Assembly: GCF_963921235.1 (NCBI RefSeq)
Contig: NC_086097.1
Span: 29,762,001 to 29,826,000, forward strand
Length of the DNA stretch: 64,000 nucleotides
Reading direction: 5' to 3'
Source of the DNA: Mobula hypostoma
Taxonomy: Eukaryota
How positions within the stretch are numbered: position 1 is the stretch's first letter; each line of letters starts with the position of its first letter. The position numbers and the translations under genes were made by a program. The notes under the pieces were generated by a model that saw nothing but the letters and a program-made list of their open reading frames with translations, did not search any database and was not told the DNA's origin. This document shows, piece by piece, positions 35,487 through 50,164 of this stretch.

Positions 35487-37788
35487 CTAAGGGAGGGGAG
35501 AACAGGGCTGAGAAATGAAATGATTCCTTCCTCCCTGAGCTGCTTGCACCATCCAAAGCGTGGTCAGATTCATTGATTTGTCACGTATACATTTAAAACA
35601 TACAGTGAAATGTGTCGTTTGTGTTAACAACCAACTCAACCCAAGCGTGTGCTGGGGGCAGCCCGTTAAAGTGTCGCCACTCATTCCGGCGCCAACATAC
35701 CATGCCCATATCACTTGATAGAACAACACAAGGCACAACAAAAGAGAAAACAACAAACAACAAAACAACAACAGCAAAACAAGTACCGTTCCTCCCTTCG
35801 TCACACACACACACAGGCAGTCCTGCAACCCTAGGACAGGCCCAGAACTTGGCCATTGGGTGTCAACTTCAGCTTGACCTTTGGACCCCAGAACTAGCCA
35901 ATGACAGGACCCCCAAACTCCAGGCCTCAGACTCTGCACTCAAGGACTGGGACTCTCTACTCACTGATACGTGTGCCTCAGGGGTCACCAACCCTCATGC
36001 CTCAGACATCCAATGTGAAGGCAGGAGGGACGCACCCTCCTGGGGGAATCCACTGAGTCGAGGAGACTCACTGATCCTCAGGACTCTCCTGAGACTCATG
36101 ATACCCATCTTGTATGATAAAATATACTCTTGACCTCACCATCTACCTCGTAATGGTCTGGCACCTTATTGTCATCCTGCTCTGCACGTGCTCTGAAACT
36201 AACATTTTATTCTGCATTCTTGTACTATCTCGATGTACTGTTGTGTTGAAATTATCTGTATGCATTACATGCAAAAATAAAGTTTTTTCACTTTGTGAGG
36301 ACATGTGACAATAATAAACCAATTTACCAATTATTTTATTCCAGTGATTTCAGTTTCTCTTCTAGATTTTCAGAAAATAAGGTTTTTTTAATTTTTTACT
36401 TACTAATAACAAAAAGCTATGGAGTTCAAAATTTAAATAAAATCTTTCCTCAGCAGCACACTTTTAATTCTTTGGTTAGGCCACGCTTGGAGTATTGCGT
36501 TCAGTTCTGGTTGCCCTGTTGCAGGAAGGATGTGAAGACTTTGGAGAGGACACAGTAAAGTTTACCGGGATGCTGCCTGGATTAGAGGACATGAGTTACA
36601 AGGGAGAGGATTAACAAAATTGGGTTGTTTTACCTGCAACGTTAGAGGCTGAGGGAGACCTGATAGGGGTTTATAAGATTATGAGAGGCATAGATAGAGC
36701 AGATAGCAACACACACAACACAACATCTGCAGATTTTCTCTTGTTTGTGATAGAGTAGGCAAGTCTTTTCTTTTCCATGGTAGAAATGCCAAGTATTAGA
36801 GGATGTACGCTTAAGTTGAGAGTGGGAATGTTTAAAGGAGGTGTGCTGGGCAAAGTTTTTCACACAGAAAGTAGTGAGTGGCTGGAGCGCGTTGCCAGGG
36901 ATGGTGGTAGTGGTGGGGGTGCTGGGGTGGTGGTAGAAGGAGAATGAAAGATGACTTGATAAGAGGCTCAGGTAGAGTGGACAGCCAGGGACTGGTGGAA
37001 AAGGCTAATACGAAGGGACATTGCTTTAAGGTGATTGGCGGAAAGAATAGGGAGGGATGTCAGAGGTGGGCTTTTTATACAGGGAGAGTGGTGCTGGCTG
37101 GAATGGGCTGTTGGGAGATGGGAGGAGGAGGAGGGAGGAGGGGAGGGGCAGGGTGGTCAAGGCAGATACGGTCGTGGCAATCAGGAGGTTTTTAGAAATA
37201 CGTACACACAAATATGCAGGGGATGAAGGGATATGGACCCCCATAGAGGCAGTAGAGACCAGTGTCATGGTCAGCACAGACTTCATGGACCAATGGACCA
37301 ATTCTTCTGCGTTCTAGGTTCTAAGTTTTGAAGGCACGGGGGAGTTCATGGAGGTCGCGCTCCTGGAAAACCACACGCAGAATTTAGATGCTGAAGTTAT
37401 AAAGTGGTTGGGTGATTACAAAGCTGATGCATGACGTGGTGACGTTGCGGTTAGTGTAATGCCAGTCTGCACCAGCGGTCAGGGTCCAATTCCCGTCACC
37501 GTCTGTAAAGGGGATTGTACGTTCTCCCCGTGGCCGCATGGGTTTCCTCAGGGTGCTCCGGGTTCCTCCAAAGGCACACGGATTAAGGTTAGGAAACCGT
37601 GTGTATGCTGAGTTGGTGCCGGAGGCATGGTGACAATTGCAGGCTGCCCCCAGCACGTCCTCACTGGTCGTTGACACAAATGGCACAGTTCACCGTATGT
37701 TTCGGTATGTCGATGTACATATGACAAATAAAGATATACTAATCTAATCTACGTGCAGGAACTCAGTTCTTTATTTGCTGTGGCTTAC

Positions 37789-37870
37789 CGTGAAGGGTCC
37801 ACTATTTTGTAAACCACTCCGGTAGGAGACGTGGATGTGGGAATCCGTGTGGATAGGAAGTATAATTCTC
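37789..37870 (-). CDS. HHIPL1: HHIPL1 exon 7 (82 bp)
   Basis: Translates as GELYFLSTRIPTSTSPTGVVYKIVDPSR. Acceptor tgtccccag|GA, donor CG|gtaagc. Confidence 0.94.
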
Positions 37871-37929
37871 CTGGGGACAAGAGTGATTTAGAAGAGACAG
37901 GTGTGAGTATCTTCCATCCTCATGATAGT

Positions 37930-38578
37930 AATTTTTTTTAGATTAGTTTGTGAGGACACTCAGTCCTTGTTTATTGTCATTTAGAAATGCATGCATTAAA
38001 AAAATGATACAATGTTCCTCCAGAATGATATCACAGAAACACAGGACAGACCAAGACCAAAACTGACAAAACCACATAATTATAACATATAGTTACAACA
38101 GTGCAAAGCAATACCGTAATTTGATAAAGAGCAGACCATGGGCATGGTAAAAAAAAACTCTTAAAATCCCGATAGCCTCATCATCTCACACAGACAGTAG
38201 AAGAGAGAAACTCTCCCTGCCATGGACCTCCAAGTGCCGCCAACTTGCCGATGCCGCACCATTGGAAGCACCCGACCGCAGCAGACTCTGAGTCCGTCCG
38301 AAAACTTTGAGCCTCCGACCAGCCCCTCCGACACTGAGCGCCATCTCTGCCGAGCACTTCGACCCGGCCCCGGCCGCCGAGCAACAAGCAAAGCCGAGGA
38401 CTCGGGGCCTTCCCCTCCGGAGATTCTGGACCACACAGTAGCAGCAGCAGCGAAGCAGGCATTTCAGAAGTTTCACCAGATGTTCCTCCATGCTCTCAGG
38501 TCTGTCTCCATCAAATCAGGATTGTGCACGGCACCCTACTTGACAGATAACAGATATCACCACCGGCGTGGCCGCTAC
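37930..38578 (-). mobile_element. CpG-rich non-autonomous non-LTR-type repeat, unclassified
   Basis: GC/CpG-rich 5' part joined to an L2/Rex-like 3' end (gacaataaac motif and A-rich tail on the minus strand). Confidence 0.45.
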
Positions 38579-39274
38579 GAGCATTTTACACCTTTGAACT
38601 GCACTGCTGACACTAAACAGTGGACGTTGTGTTCAGTTCTGGTCCCCTCATTGTAGGAAGCTTTAGAGAGAGTGCAGAGGAGATTCATCAGGATGCTGCC
38701 TGGATTAGAGAGGCATGTCTTATGACGATAGATTGAGCAAGCTAGGGCTTTTCTCTTTGGAGGAAAGGAGGGTGAGAGGTAATTTGATAGATGGGTAAGA
38801 TGATAAGAGGCATTGGTAGCATGGACAAGAGGAAATAATTTTAAGGTGATTGGAGGAAAATACAGGGAGTGTCAGAAGTAGTTTTTTTAATACACAGATT
38901 GCTGGGTGCATGAAATTCACTGCCAGGGGTGGTGGTAGAGGCAGATTCATCAGAGATTGTTATACGGGCACATGGAAGAAAGCAAAATGGAGGGCTATGT
39001 GGGAGGGAAGGGTTAGATTGATCTTGGAGCAGGTTAACAGATCAGCACCACATCGTGGGCTGAAGGGCCTGTACTGTACAGTATATGTATGTTCTCTGTT
39101 AAAAGGTTGGCACAAAAGCAAGAAAATCTGCAGATGCTAGAAATCCAAAGCAACACATCCAAACTGCTGGAGGAACTCAGCAGGTCAGGCAGCATCTACG
39201 GAACAAAGTAAACAGTCGATGTTTCAGGATGTCTCCTCAAGAAGGGTCTCGGCCCGGAACACCGACTGTTTAAA

Positions 39275-40325
39275 GGTGAGATTAAAGGGGGCCTTTTCTG
39301 GTTGGCTGCCAGTGACTAGTGGTGTTCCTCAGGGGTCAGTATTGGGACCACTGTTTTTCACATTGTTTGTCAGTGATTTAGATGGTGGAATTGATGGCCT
39401 TATGGCAAAGTGCGCAGATGTTACGAAGATAGATGGAGGGGTAGGCAGAGTTGAGAAAGCAATGTGATTGCAGACAGATTGGAAGAATAGGCAAATAAGT
39501 GGCAGATGGAATAGCGTTGGGAAATTGCATTTTGGTAAAAGGAACAATAGTGTGGACTATTATCTAAATGGTGAGAAAATTCAAATATCAGAGGTGCAGA
39601 CGGACGTAGGAGTCCTCGTACAAAACTCCCAGAAGATTAATTTACAGGTTGAGTCTGTGGTAAAGACAAATGTAATGTTGGCATTTATTTCAAGGGGAAT
39701 AGAATACAAAAGCAGAGAGATAATGCTGATGCTTTATAAGACACTAGTCAGGCCACGCTTGGAGTATTGTCAACAGTTTTGGGCCCCATATCTCAGAACA
39801 TATGTGTTGTCATTGGAGAGAGTCCAGAGGAGGTTCACGAGGATGATTTGGGGAATGAAGGGGTTAACATATGAGGAGTGTTTGGCAGCTTTGGGCCTGT
39901 ACTCTCTGGAATTTAGAAGAATGTGTGTGTGTGTGGGGGGGGGTGGGGAGTGATCTCATTGAAACCTACTGAATGTTGAAAGGACTAGATAAGGTGGATA
40001 TGGTGATGATGTTTCCTGTGTTGGGAGTATCCAGAACTAGAGGGCACAGCCTCAAAATTGAGGGGCAACCTTTTAGAACAGAGGTAAGGGGGAATATTTT
40101 TAGCCAGAGAATAGTGGAATACTCTGCCACAGACTGCGGTGGAGGCCAAGTTGTGGGTATATTTGAGGCAGAACTTGATAGTTTCCTGATCTGTCAGGGC
40201 ATCAAAGGATATGGCGAGCAGGCAGGTGTAAGGGGTTGAGTGGGATCCGGGATCAACCATGATGGAACGGCGAAGCAGACTCGAAGGGCTGAATGGCCTA
40301 ATTTGGCTCCTATGTCTTACGTTCT
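39275..40325 (+). mobile_element. CR1 LINE 3' fragment
   Basis: VTSGVPQGSVLGPL...[13 protein letters not shown]; tail tcttacgttctta. Confidence 0.88.
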
Positions 40326-40622
40326 TACTGTTTTCCACAGATGCTCCCTGACCTGCTGAGTTCCTTCAGCATTCTGTGTGTGAAAGTCAGCACAATATTT
40401 GGGCAAAAGATTGTGTACTGTGCTGTACTGTTCTACAAACATAGGTTCTGTGTCTATGTTCTCAAACAACAAACTTGATATCATGTAAAACACAGATGAT
40501 TCTTGACTCTGCCTCTCCAATCTCTGCTAATGACTGAAATGTTCTATCCTGGTGGATCTCCTACCCAGCCTCCCCTGCGCAATCACATCCTAGATGCTTC
40601 TTAAGCTGATGTTACAAATCTA

Positions 40623-40835
<213 letters not shown>

Positions 40836-41151
40836 CTAGGGTAGAAGGAATGAAGGTCTAAATGGGTAGAGAATTCAGAACTCAAAGCTTCAAGTTAATT
40901 TATTATCAACGTACTTAAATGTTACCATATACAGTATATACAGTACTATCTTGAGGAAAAATAAAGAAATGCAATATAATCTTTGAAAAACCATACATAA
41001 ACAAAGATCCGAACAACCAATGTGCAAAAAGGACAAACTGTGTAAATGCAAATAGATAATGCTAAGAATAAGGTGAACTATTTAAGGGGAACCTGTTCAC
41101 TCAGAGGGTGGTGTGAGTGTGAGGGTGGTGCCAGTGGAGCTGTTAGACACA

Positions 41152-41184
41152 GGACAGGAAGTACAATTCTCCTGGGGACAAGAG
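41152..41184 (-). repeat. 33-bp copy of the HHIPL1 intron 6/exon 7 junction
   Basis: 31/33 identical to 37851-37883. Confidence 0.85.
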
Positions 41185-41772
41185 GGGCATTTAAGAGATT
41201 CTTAGACAGGTACATGGATGAAAGCAAAATGGAGGGTTATGTGGGAGGGAAGGGTTAGATTGATTATCTTTGCCTATGATGGACTTAGTTGTATCCATCA
41301 CTTCCTGTAGACATTCCTGTTCCTGGGCATTGCTGTTTCTATACTAGGCCATGATGCGACCATCACACACACATCATCGTCCTGATGAGGTACCTTGGCC
41401 CAAAATATCAACTGTTTATTCCCTTCTATAGATGCTGACGACTTGCTGAGTTCCTCCAGCATTTTGTGTGTGTTGCTTAGTAAGCATTACTCGACTATCA
41501 AAGCAGAATCTAGGCATTGGTTAAAGAAAAAGAATAAAGGTTGTCTTCATTTGCCACATCTATATTGAAACATACAGTGAAATCTGTCATTTGTGTTAAC
41601 AACCAACACAGTCAGAGGCTATGGTGGGGGCAGCCTGCAAGTGTCACCATACCAATATAGCATGCCTACAGCTTATTAACCCTAACCCTTACCATATGTT
41701 TTTTGAGCAAACTGGAGCACCTGAAGAAAAGCTACATGGTTATGGAGAGATTATACAACAGTGGCAATTAAA

Positions 41773-42330
41773 CCCTGACCTTTCAATTGCTAGGCAGCCA
41801 TTGATCCCAGGGAATCATGGGTCTGCACTTCTGGTGGACTGTGTCCTCTCCAGGTGCAAGGCTGGGCGGGAAGATTTGAAGTTTCCCCTTTCCACGTCAC
41901 TGATGCGATACAGCTTGGCACCAGTGTCGTCGCAGAGGTTGCCAGAGTGAAGCTGTAAACAACATCAAACTGCTTTGGAGACCCCGGCTCCGGATTTCTT
42001 CCTCGGGGTTTACTCCCAAAGTCTTTCTCATTGGTAGGTATGGACGCAAGGAAGCGGAGTTTTAAAATCAGAGTCTTCCTTCTCCTAGGCGGGCTGCTGT
42101 CCAAGGCTGATGAGCCCCACCTGCCCGAAGCAACTGGTTTGGAGCACCAGAGGTCAGCCTTTGCCCCTTCTCTTGTCAGTAGAAACAGTTCTGCTGGGCC
42201 TAGTAGCTAAGCCACACGTGGAGGCCAAGAGTTGGACTTGGTTGTCAGAGGCTGTTAAGAGTCGCATGCAATTTGGAGCACTTTATAGGTAGTGAGAGCT
42301 TATCCCCACAACCACCCCGGCTATGACAAC
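41773..42330 (-). mobile_element. RTE-derived bipartite short element
   Basis: Contains ccttctcctaggcgggctgc..ccaaggctgatgagcccc, a motif I associate with RTE 5' regions. No ORF. Confidence 0.45.
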
Positions 42331-42503
42331 CTTTGGGACCTCGTGCTGTAAAGTGTTTACACTATCTGCTATGCTACCATGCAGCCCACTCCTTCTCGTC
42401 GTAATGTTCCTATGTTTTAGGGAATTGTCTGAGCAGTCTAGTATCAATTTCTTGTCTACTACTCCCCCCCCCCTTTGAAGCTGAGTTAGTTGTCAGGTAC
42501 TTA

Positions 42504-42653
<150 letters not shown>

Positions 42654-43729
42654 TTACTGGGTTAGGACAGTTCAACTTCAACCTTAAGAGTAAGGATATT
42701 ATCGAAGTAGATATCTGTCACTATATACTACACTGAGATTCATGTTATTTACTTAGCACAGACTGCGGGCATTCACAATAAATACAAAGAAACACAATAG
42801 ACTCCATGAAAAACTACACACTCGCAAAGATGGACAAACAAGCAATATGTAAAAGACAAAAAATATTGTGCAAACACAGAAGAAAAACAAATTAATAATC
42901 GGTAAAGAAGTAATAACTAATATCGAAGAAAGGAGTTGTGGTATCCTTGAACATTGTAGAGTCAGTTCAGTGCTGGGTTGAGTGAAGTTATCCCACTCTG
43001 GTTCAGGAGCCTGATGGTTGAAGGATAATGACTGTCCCTAAACCTGGAGGTGTGGGACCTAAGTCTCCTGTACCTTAGGCACACCGGGGTACACTGCGGC
43101 TACCTAGTGCCAAGTTCACTGCTATAAACACAATGACCGTCAAGTTTCTACAGGTGTACCACGGAGAGCATTTTGAGTGGTTGCATCACCAACTGGTCAG
43201 ACAAATCTACTGAGGGTTGTCGACTCAGCTGACTCCAACACAGACACAACCCCCACCTTCCCCCCACCCCCCCATCAAGGACATCTTCACAAAGCAGTGC
43301 CTCAAGAAGGTGGCACCCATCAAGAAAGACCCTCACCACCCAGGATATGCCTGCTTCTCATTACCACCATCAGAAAGAAGGTACAGAAGCCTGAAGGGCG
43401 GCAGTCAACAGCAATGAGGTAACAGTGACCACAATTCCTTAAGCTTTAAGATAGCTATAGATCGGGATAAGTGCGCAGGAGAGTGTTCAATTGGAGCAGG
43501 GCAAATTAGGATAGCATTAGGCAGTAACTAGGGAGAGTTAATTGGGAACCACTGTTCTTGGGCCCATCTGTCATGTGGAGGGTGTTTAAGGAGCAACTGC
43601 AGAAATTACAGGACAAATGCTGTATGTTCCAGTCAGAAGGAACAGCAATGGCAACGGCAGAGAACTTTGGATGTTGAGAGAAGCAATGAAATTAGTCAAG
43701 AAAATAAAGGATATAAAATGTCATAATGA

Positions 43730-45394
43730 AAGTGACGGAAGCAGACCAAATGAAAAATAAATGTGAACAGTACAGTGTGGAGTACCTGAAATACGGATTT
43801 ATACCAGCACCAAGCAATCAACCAGTTTGTCTGTTGTGTGAAAAAGCTTTTCAAATGAGGCAATGAAACCGTCCAGGCTTCTTGAACATTTGAAGAGAAT
43901 GCACTCTGATAAACCAAACAAGAACTTGGCTTATTTTCAGACATTTTGTGAAAACTTTCAAATACGAAAATCACTTTAAAACTATGTTTGCCACCACTTC
44001 AGAACATAACAGCGACGGTCTGCATGTTTCATACATCTCATCGCTCTTTGCTAAATCTAGAAAGCCACATACAATTGGAGACGAACTGATTCTGCCAGCA
44101 GTACCGTTTTGCAGAAGTCGCCAGACCAAGAAATTAAAGCAATTCTACTCGACGACAACTCAAAAAGATGAAATGTCTGAGAATGAGGAAAGCACATTGT
44201 ACAACATAGTTAGGACAACAGAATTTGCTCTGCAGTTGGACGAGTGAACTTTGCTTCTTGGTTATGTTCACGTCAGAAAAAATGAAAGCGTGGTTCAAGA
44301 GTTGTTACAGAAACAGATATGAAGGGGGAGTCAATATTTTGGGTTGAGCAACTTTTCAAAGAGAAGGACATTCTGCTCATAAATCTCTTGCTCGTACAAC
44401 AGATGGGCTACCATCAATGAGAGGCTGCCACCTTGTAGTTATTACTTTCTGAGAGAAAACTCTGCCATTCACTGTGTAACTCATAGACATCTTGTTGCAA
44501 AACGCTTAAGTGATCAACTGCACAAAATCATTCAATACTGTTATCAAAAAGATAAATAAATCAAGTCCCATGCTCTCAATTCTCATCTATTTCGAGAGCT
44601 TTGTATTGAGAATGATGAACAGTTGCTTACTGATGCACGCAGAAATCAGATGGTTCTCAAAAGGAAACTGCCTGAGATATTTTTATGTGCTTTTTAAAAC
44701 TGTGACAACATTTTTTGAATACTCAAACGCATCATCCAGTAATCAACTGAAGAATATTAGGCATGACATTGCTTATTTTTCAGAATTATTTGCAAACTTT
44801 ACTGAAGTCAGTCTTCAATTGCAAGGAAATGATGTGAATTTTATTAGTCAGATCAGATATCATATTTCTGTTCAAGTTAACCCTATTTAAGTTCAACGCT
44901 GGCCACCTTGACCTTTTTCAGTTTCTGAGCCTCTCTGAATTGGAAGAGACAGAAAGAATACCAGATGATGATCTTCTGGGTGAGCTGCATAAAGACATGT
45001 CAGAGAGATTTTAGGACCTTCTCTCGATCCAAATTCCAAATTGGATAATATAGAAAGTCTATTCCTGAACACTTTAACAAGGAATTAACAGGAAGGATAG
45101 AGGAAAAACTGATCTTGCTACAAAATGACTGAGCTGAAGCCAAGGTTCAAAAGGGTTTCGGTTGCAGTAAGAAATCTCCGAACACTATCCTACATTGTGG
45201 TTAAGTTGTCCTTTATTGCCTTCCCAACATCATAGTCAGTGGGGCACGGTTTCAGTGCTGCTGCCCAACTTCTTTCAAAGCAATGAGACAGAGTGCAAGC
45301 TACTGGAAAGTGAGGGTCTGCGACTCCTTCTCAGTGACATTCAGCCTGACATTGAGAAGCTGACATCACTGCACCAAACTGACCCACCTCACTG
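43730..45394 (+). pseudogene. Fossil hAT (Charlie/Buster-type) transposase
   Basis: QYSVEYLKYGF, CLLCEK.FSNEAMKPSRL.EHL (BED finger), AKSRKPHTIGDELILPA, EFALQLDE, RWFSKG and L.LLLSDIQPDIEKL. Many frameshifts; TIRs not seen. Confidence 0.85.
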
Positions 45395-45479
45395 AAAACT
45401 GAAAAAGCAATGAAGTAGTGAGTAGTTAGACTACTAATGAACGCTCTAAAATTGTTGACGAAATTTGTTTTTAAAACCT

Positions 45480-46330
45480 CCCCTTTAAATACACCCAATT
45501 GCTTTGCCTCCACAGTCACCTTCAGCAATGAATTCCACAGATTCATCGCCCTTTGGCAAAAGAAACTTCTCCTCATATCTGTTCTGAAGGGGCATCCTTC
45601 TATTCTGAGGTTAGGCCCCCTGGTCCTGGACTCCCCTATGATGGGAAACATCCTCTCCATATTCACACTGTCTATGTCATTCAATATCCGATAGGTTTCA
45701 ATGAAGATCCCCCTCCCTCATTCTCCGAAACTCTTCATATGTTAGCACAGGCCCAGAGCCATCAAACATTCCTCATATGTTAATGTTTTCATTCCCAGAT
45801 TCATTCTCATGATCCTCCTCTGAACCCTCTCCAACGTCAGCATATCTTTTTTTCAGATAAGGGACCCAAAACTCTTCACAATAATCCAAGTGCAGTCTGA
45901 CCAATGCCTTATAAAGCCTCAGCATTACATTTTTGCCTTTATATCCTAGACATCTCAAAATGAATGTAAACGTTGCATTTTCCTTCCTTACCACTGACTC
46001 AACCTGCAAATTAACCCGTAGGGAATCCTGCACGAGGACTCCCAAGTCCATCTGCACCTCTGATTTCTGAATTTTCCCTCCGTTTAGAAAATAGTCCACA
46101 CCTTTATTCCTTCTACCAAAGTGCTTGACCATACACTTCCCTACACCATATTCCATCCGCCATTTCTTTACCCATTCTCCTAATCTGTCCAAGTCCTTCT
46201 GCCGACTCCCTGCTTCCTTAACACTACCTGTACCTCCATCTACTTCAGCAAAGTTGGCCACAGAGCCATCAATTCCATCATTCAAATCACTGACACATAA
46301 CATGAGAACAGGCAGCCCCAACCCTGGCCC
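45480..46330 (-). mobile_element. CR1 LINE 3' fragment
   Basis: 182-aa ORF with DLDRLGEW.KKW.MEY...DLGVLVQDSL...LYKALVRLHLDYC. Confidence 0.88.
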
Positions 46331-46492
46331 CAGAGGAACTGCTTATAGATATCAAGAACGTGAGATGAAGAGTCCTTGAAAGTGAGTCCATAGGTTGTGG
46401 AAAGATTTTCAATGAAGGGACAAGTGAAGTTGAGTGAAGTTATGATGTGAGAAGTGAAATATTTAAGGGAATCTGGGGGATAACTTCACTCA

Positions 46493-47323
<831 letters not shown>

Positions 47324-48309
47324 CTACTGCAGGCAAGTTTTTCATTGTACCTGTGTCTACACGTGTACATATGACAATAAACCCATAAAGATAAAGATTA
47401 GCTTTATTTGTCACACGTGCATCAAAACATCGAAATGTACAGTGAAATGTGTCTTTCATGTCAACGACCAGCACAGTCTGAGCATGAGCTGCAGGCAGCC
47501 TGCAAGTGTGTCTCCAGCACCAGCATAGCATGCCCACAACTCACTGAGTGACCTTGAACTCTGAGAGTCTGGGATGTGGGAGGAAACAGGAGCACCCAGA
47601 GGAAACCCACGCGGTCACAGGGAGATCATAAAAACTCCTTTAAACAGTGATGGGAATTAAACCCCGATCAGTGATCCCTGATGCTGTAAAATGTTGCACT
47701 AACTGCTATGCTACTGTGTCATTCTCTACACCACTGTGCTGCCCTCTATGTTACCAGGATGCCCTCTGCGCTACCGTGCAAAAAGTACCTGTGGAAGTTG
47801 AATTTCACCCCCATTGATTCATAAATTCATCCTACAAAGGTGAATCAGAAGTCAGGTTTGAAGCGCGAAGTTTGATGGCCCTAGTCTGTGAATCTCTGCA
47901 ATTTCACTGGGGAAGTTATGGACCACTGTCTGTGAGTTCACCGGTCTGCTCGAGTCTGGAAGCTGAACGTGGCCTGTCCTGGAGGTAGAGGACTGTGTAT
48001 TTGTGTGGGTGTGTGGTGGGTAGGAGGGTGGGAGGCACAGGGATTGTTTCACTGGTGTTGCTTCGTATGGTCTGTTTTGTTACGTTGTTCCGCCGAGCAT
48101 TTTGGGCGTGCTGTGTAGGCGCCAGAGTGTGTGGCGACACATGTGGGATGCCCCCAGCACGTCCTTGGGTGTGTTGGTTGTTAACGAAACAAGGCATTCC
48201 TCTGTATGTTTCAATATACATGGGATAAATAAATCTGAATTTGAATCTAAACCCGATGTTGGGGGAGAAACACCCTGGTGAAACCAATGAGTGGAAGACA
48301 ATCACATTA

Positions 48310-48462
<153 letters not shown>

Positions 48463-49215
48463 TTAAATATTAAAAATTGCTTTATTTGTCACATGTAAAT
48501 GACAACATCTTATTGATTCATTATTAAACTGGATTCAACTGGTAGAATGGAAAACAATAACAGAATGAAGAAAGAATTATTACAGTTATGGAGAAAGTAC
48601 AGTGCGGACAGACAATGAGGTGCAAGGTCATAACGAGGTAGATCGTGAGGTCAAGAGATCATTTTATTGTACTAGGGGACTGTTCAATAGTCTGATAACA
48701 GTGGGGTTAAAGCCATCCTTAAGCCTACTGGTAGTGCTTTCGGGTTTGCCCAGTGGGAGAGGGGAGAGGGGAGGAGAGAGAATGTCTGGTTTTGTGGGGC
48801 TCGTGATTATACCAGCTATTTTACTGAGGCAGTGAGGAATGTAGACAGAGTCCACAGAGGGGAGGCCGGTTTCCATGATGAGCTGAGCTGTGTCCACTAC
48901 TCTCTGTAGTGTTTTGTGATCACAGGCAGAACAGTTGCTGTGCCAAGCTTTGATGTATCCAAATAGGATGTTTTCTATGGTGCATCGATAAAATTAGTAA
49001 GGGTCAAAGGGGACCTGCCAAATTCCTTTAGCCTCCTGGGGAAGTAAAGGTGCCAGTTTTGGCATGGACTAGAAGGGCTGAAGGGCCTGTTTCTGCGTGT
49101 ACTGCTTTATGACTTTAGTAAGCTTTCTTGACTATGGCATCTACATCACTCGACCATGACAGGCTATTGATTCAGATTCAGATTTATTTATCAAAACATA
49201 TAGTGAAATGCATCA

Positions 49216-49354
49216 GTTAGTCCTGACGAAGGGTCTCGGCCTGAAACGTCGACTGCGCCTCTTCCTATAGATGCTGCTTGGCCTGCTGCGTTCACCAGCA
49301 ACTTTGATGTGTGTTGCTTGAATTTCCAGCATCTGCAGAATTCCTGTTGTTTGC
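49216..49354 (+). mobile_element. Penelope-like 3'-end insertion with a 14-bp TSD
   Basis: Flanked by agtgaaatgcatca at 49202-49215 and 49355-49368; near-identical to the pLTR-like end at 51657-51760. Confidence 0.8.
49218..49255 (+). ncRNA. Minimal type I hammerhead ribozyme motif (PLE-associated)
   Basis: tagtc CTGACGA agggtctcggcct GAAAC GTC gactg: stem I agtc/gact, conserved core, short stem II, palindromic ACGT stem III, GUC cleavage triplet. Confidence 0.7.
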
Positions 49355-50164
49355 AGTGAAATGCATCATTTCATTAACAATCAGCACACCCAAGGACATT
49401 TTGGGGGCAGCCCGCAGGCGTTGCCATATATTGTGGTGCAAACACAGCAGACCCTCAGGACTGGCAGAACATAACCAGTACTGGTGGATCACCACCAATG
49501 GCTTATCCTGGCCCAACTTCATAGACATCATGGCCAAGCTTCCAAGCCTCTCGAGCCCAGAACTGCTAACGTAAATGGGATTGCATACACCAGCTCTCCT
49601 TCCTGAAGTCAATGCCTAGCTCTTTTGTTTTGCTGATGTTGGTTGTTGTCACGACACTCCCTGATCCAAACTGCTCCATATTTCAGGGGTCAACTCTTCA
49701 AGTGCAAGCTTCAGTTAATCAGCATCATTTACCATTCACCCCTCAACCTATGGCCCAAAAGACCATGAGACATTGGAGCAGAATTAGGCCATTCAGCCCA
49801 TCGAGTCTGCTCTGCAGTTCTATCATGGATGATTGATTATCCCTCTCAACCTCATTCTCCTGACTTCTCCCCATAACCTTCAACACCCTTACTAATTAAT
49901 AATCTATCAGTCTTGGCTTTAAATATACCCAATTGTATGGTTTCCACAGCTGTCTATGGCAATGAATTCCACAGATTCACCAGCTCTGGCTAAAGAGGTT
50001 CCTCCTCATCTCTGTTCTAATGCACATCTTCTATTCTGAAGATGTGCTGCATATTTCATAGTGTCGTATGGGCGGCATTGTTCATGTGGATAGCCAGAAG
50101 CTTTTTCCCGGGGCTGAACTGGCTAGCACGAGAGGGCACAGTTTTAAGGTGCTTGGAAGTAGGT

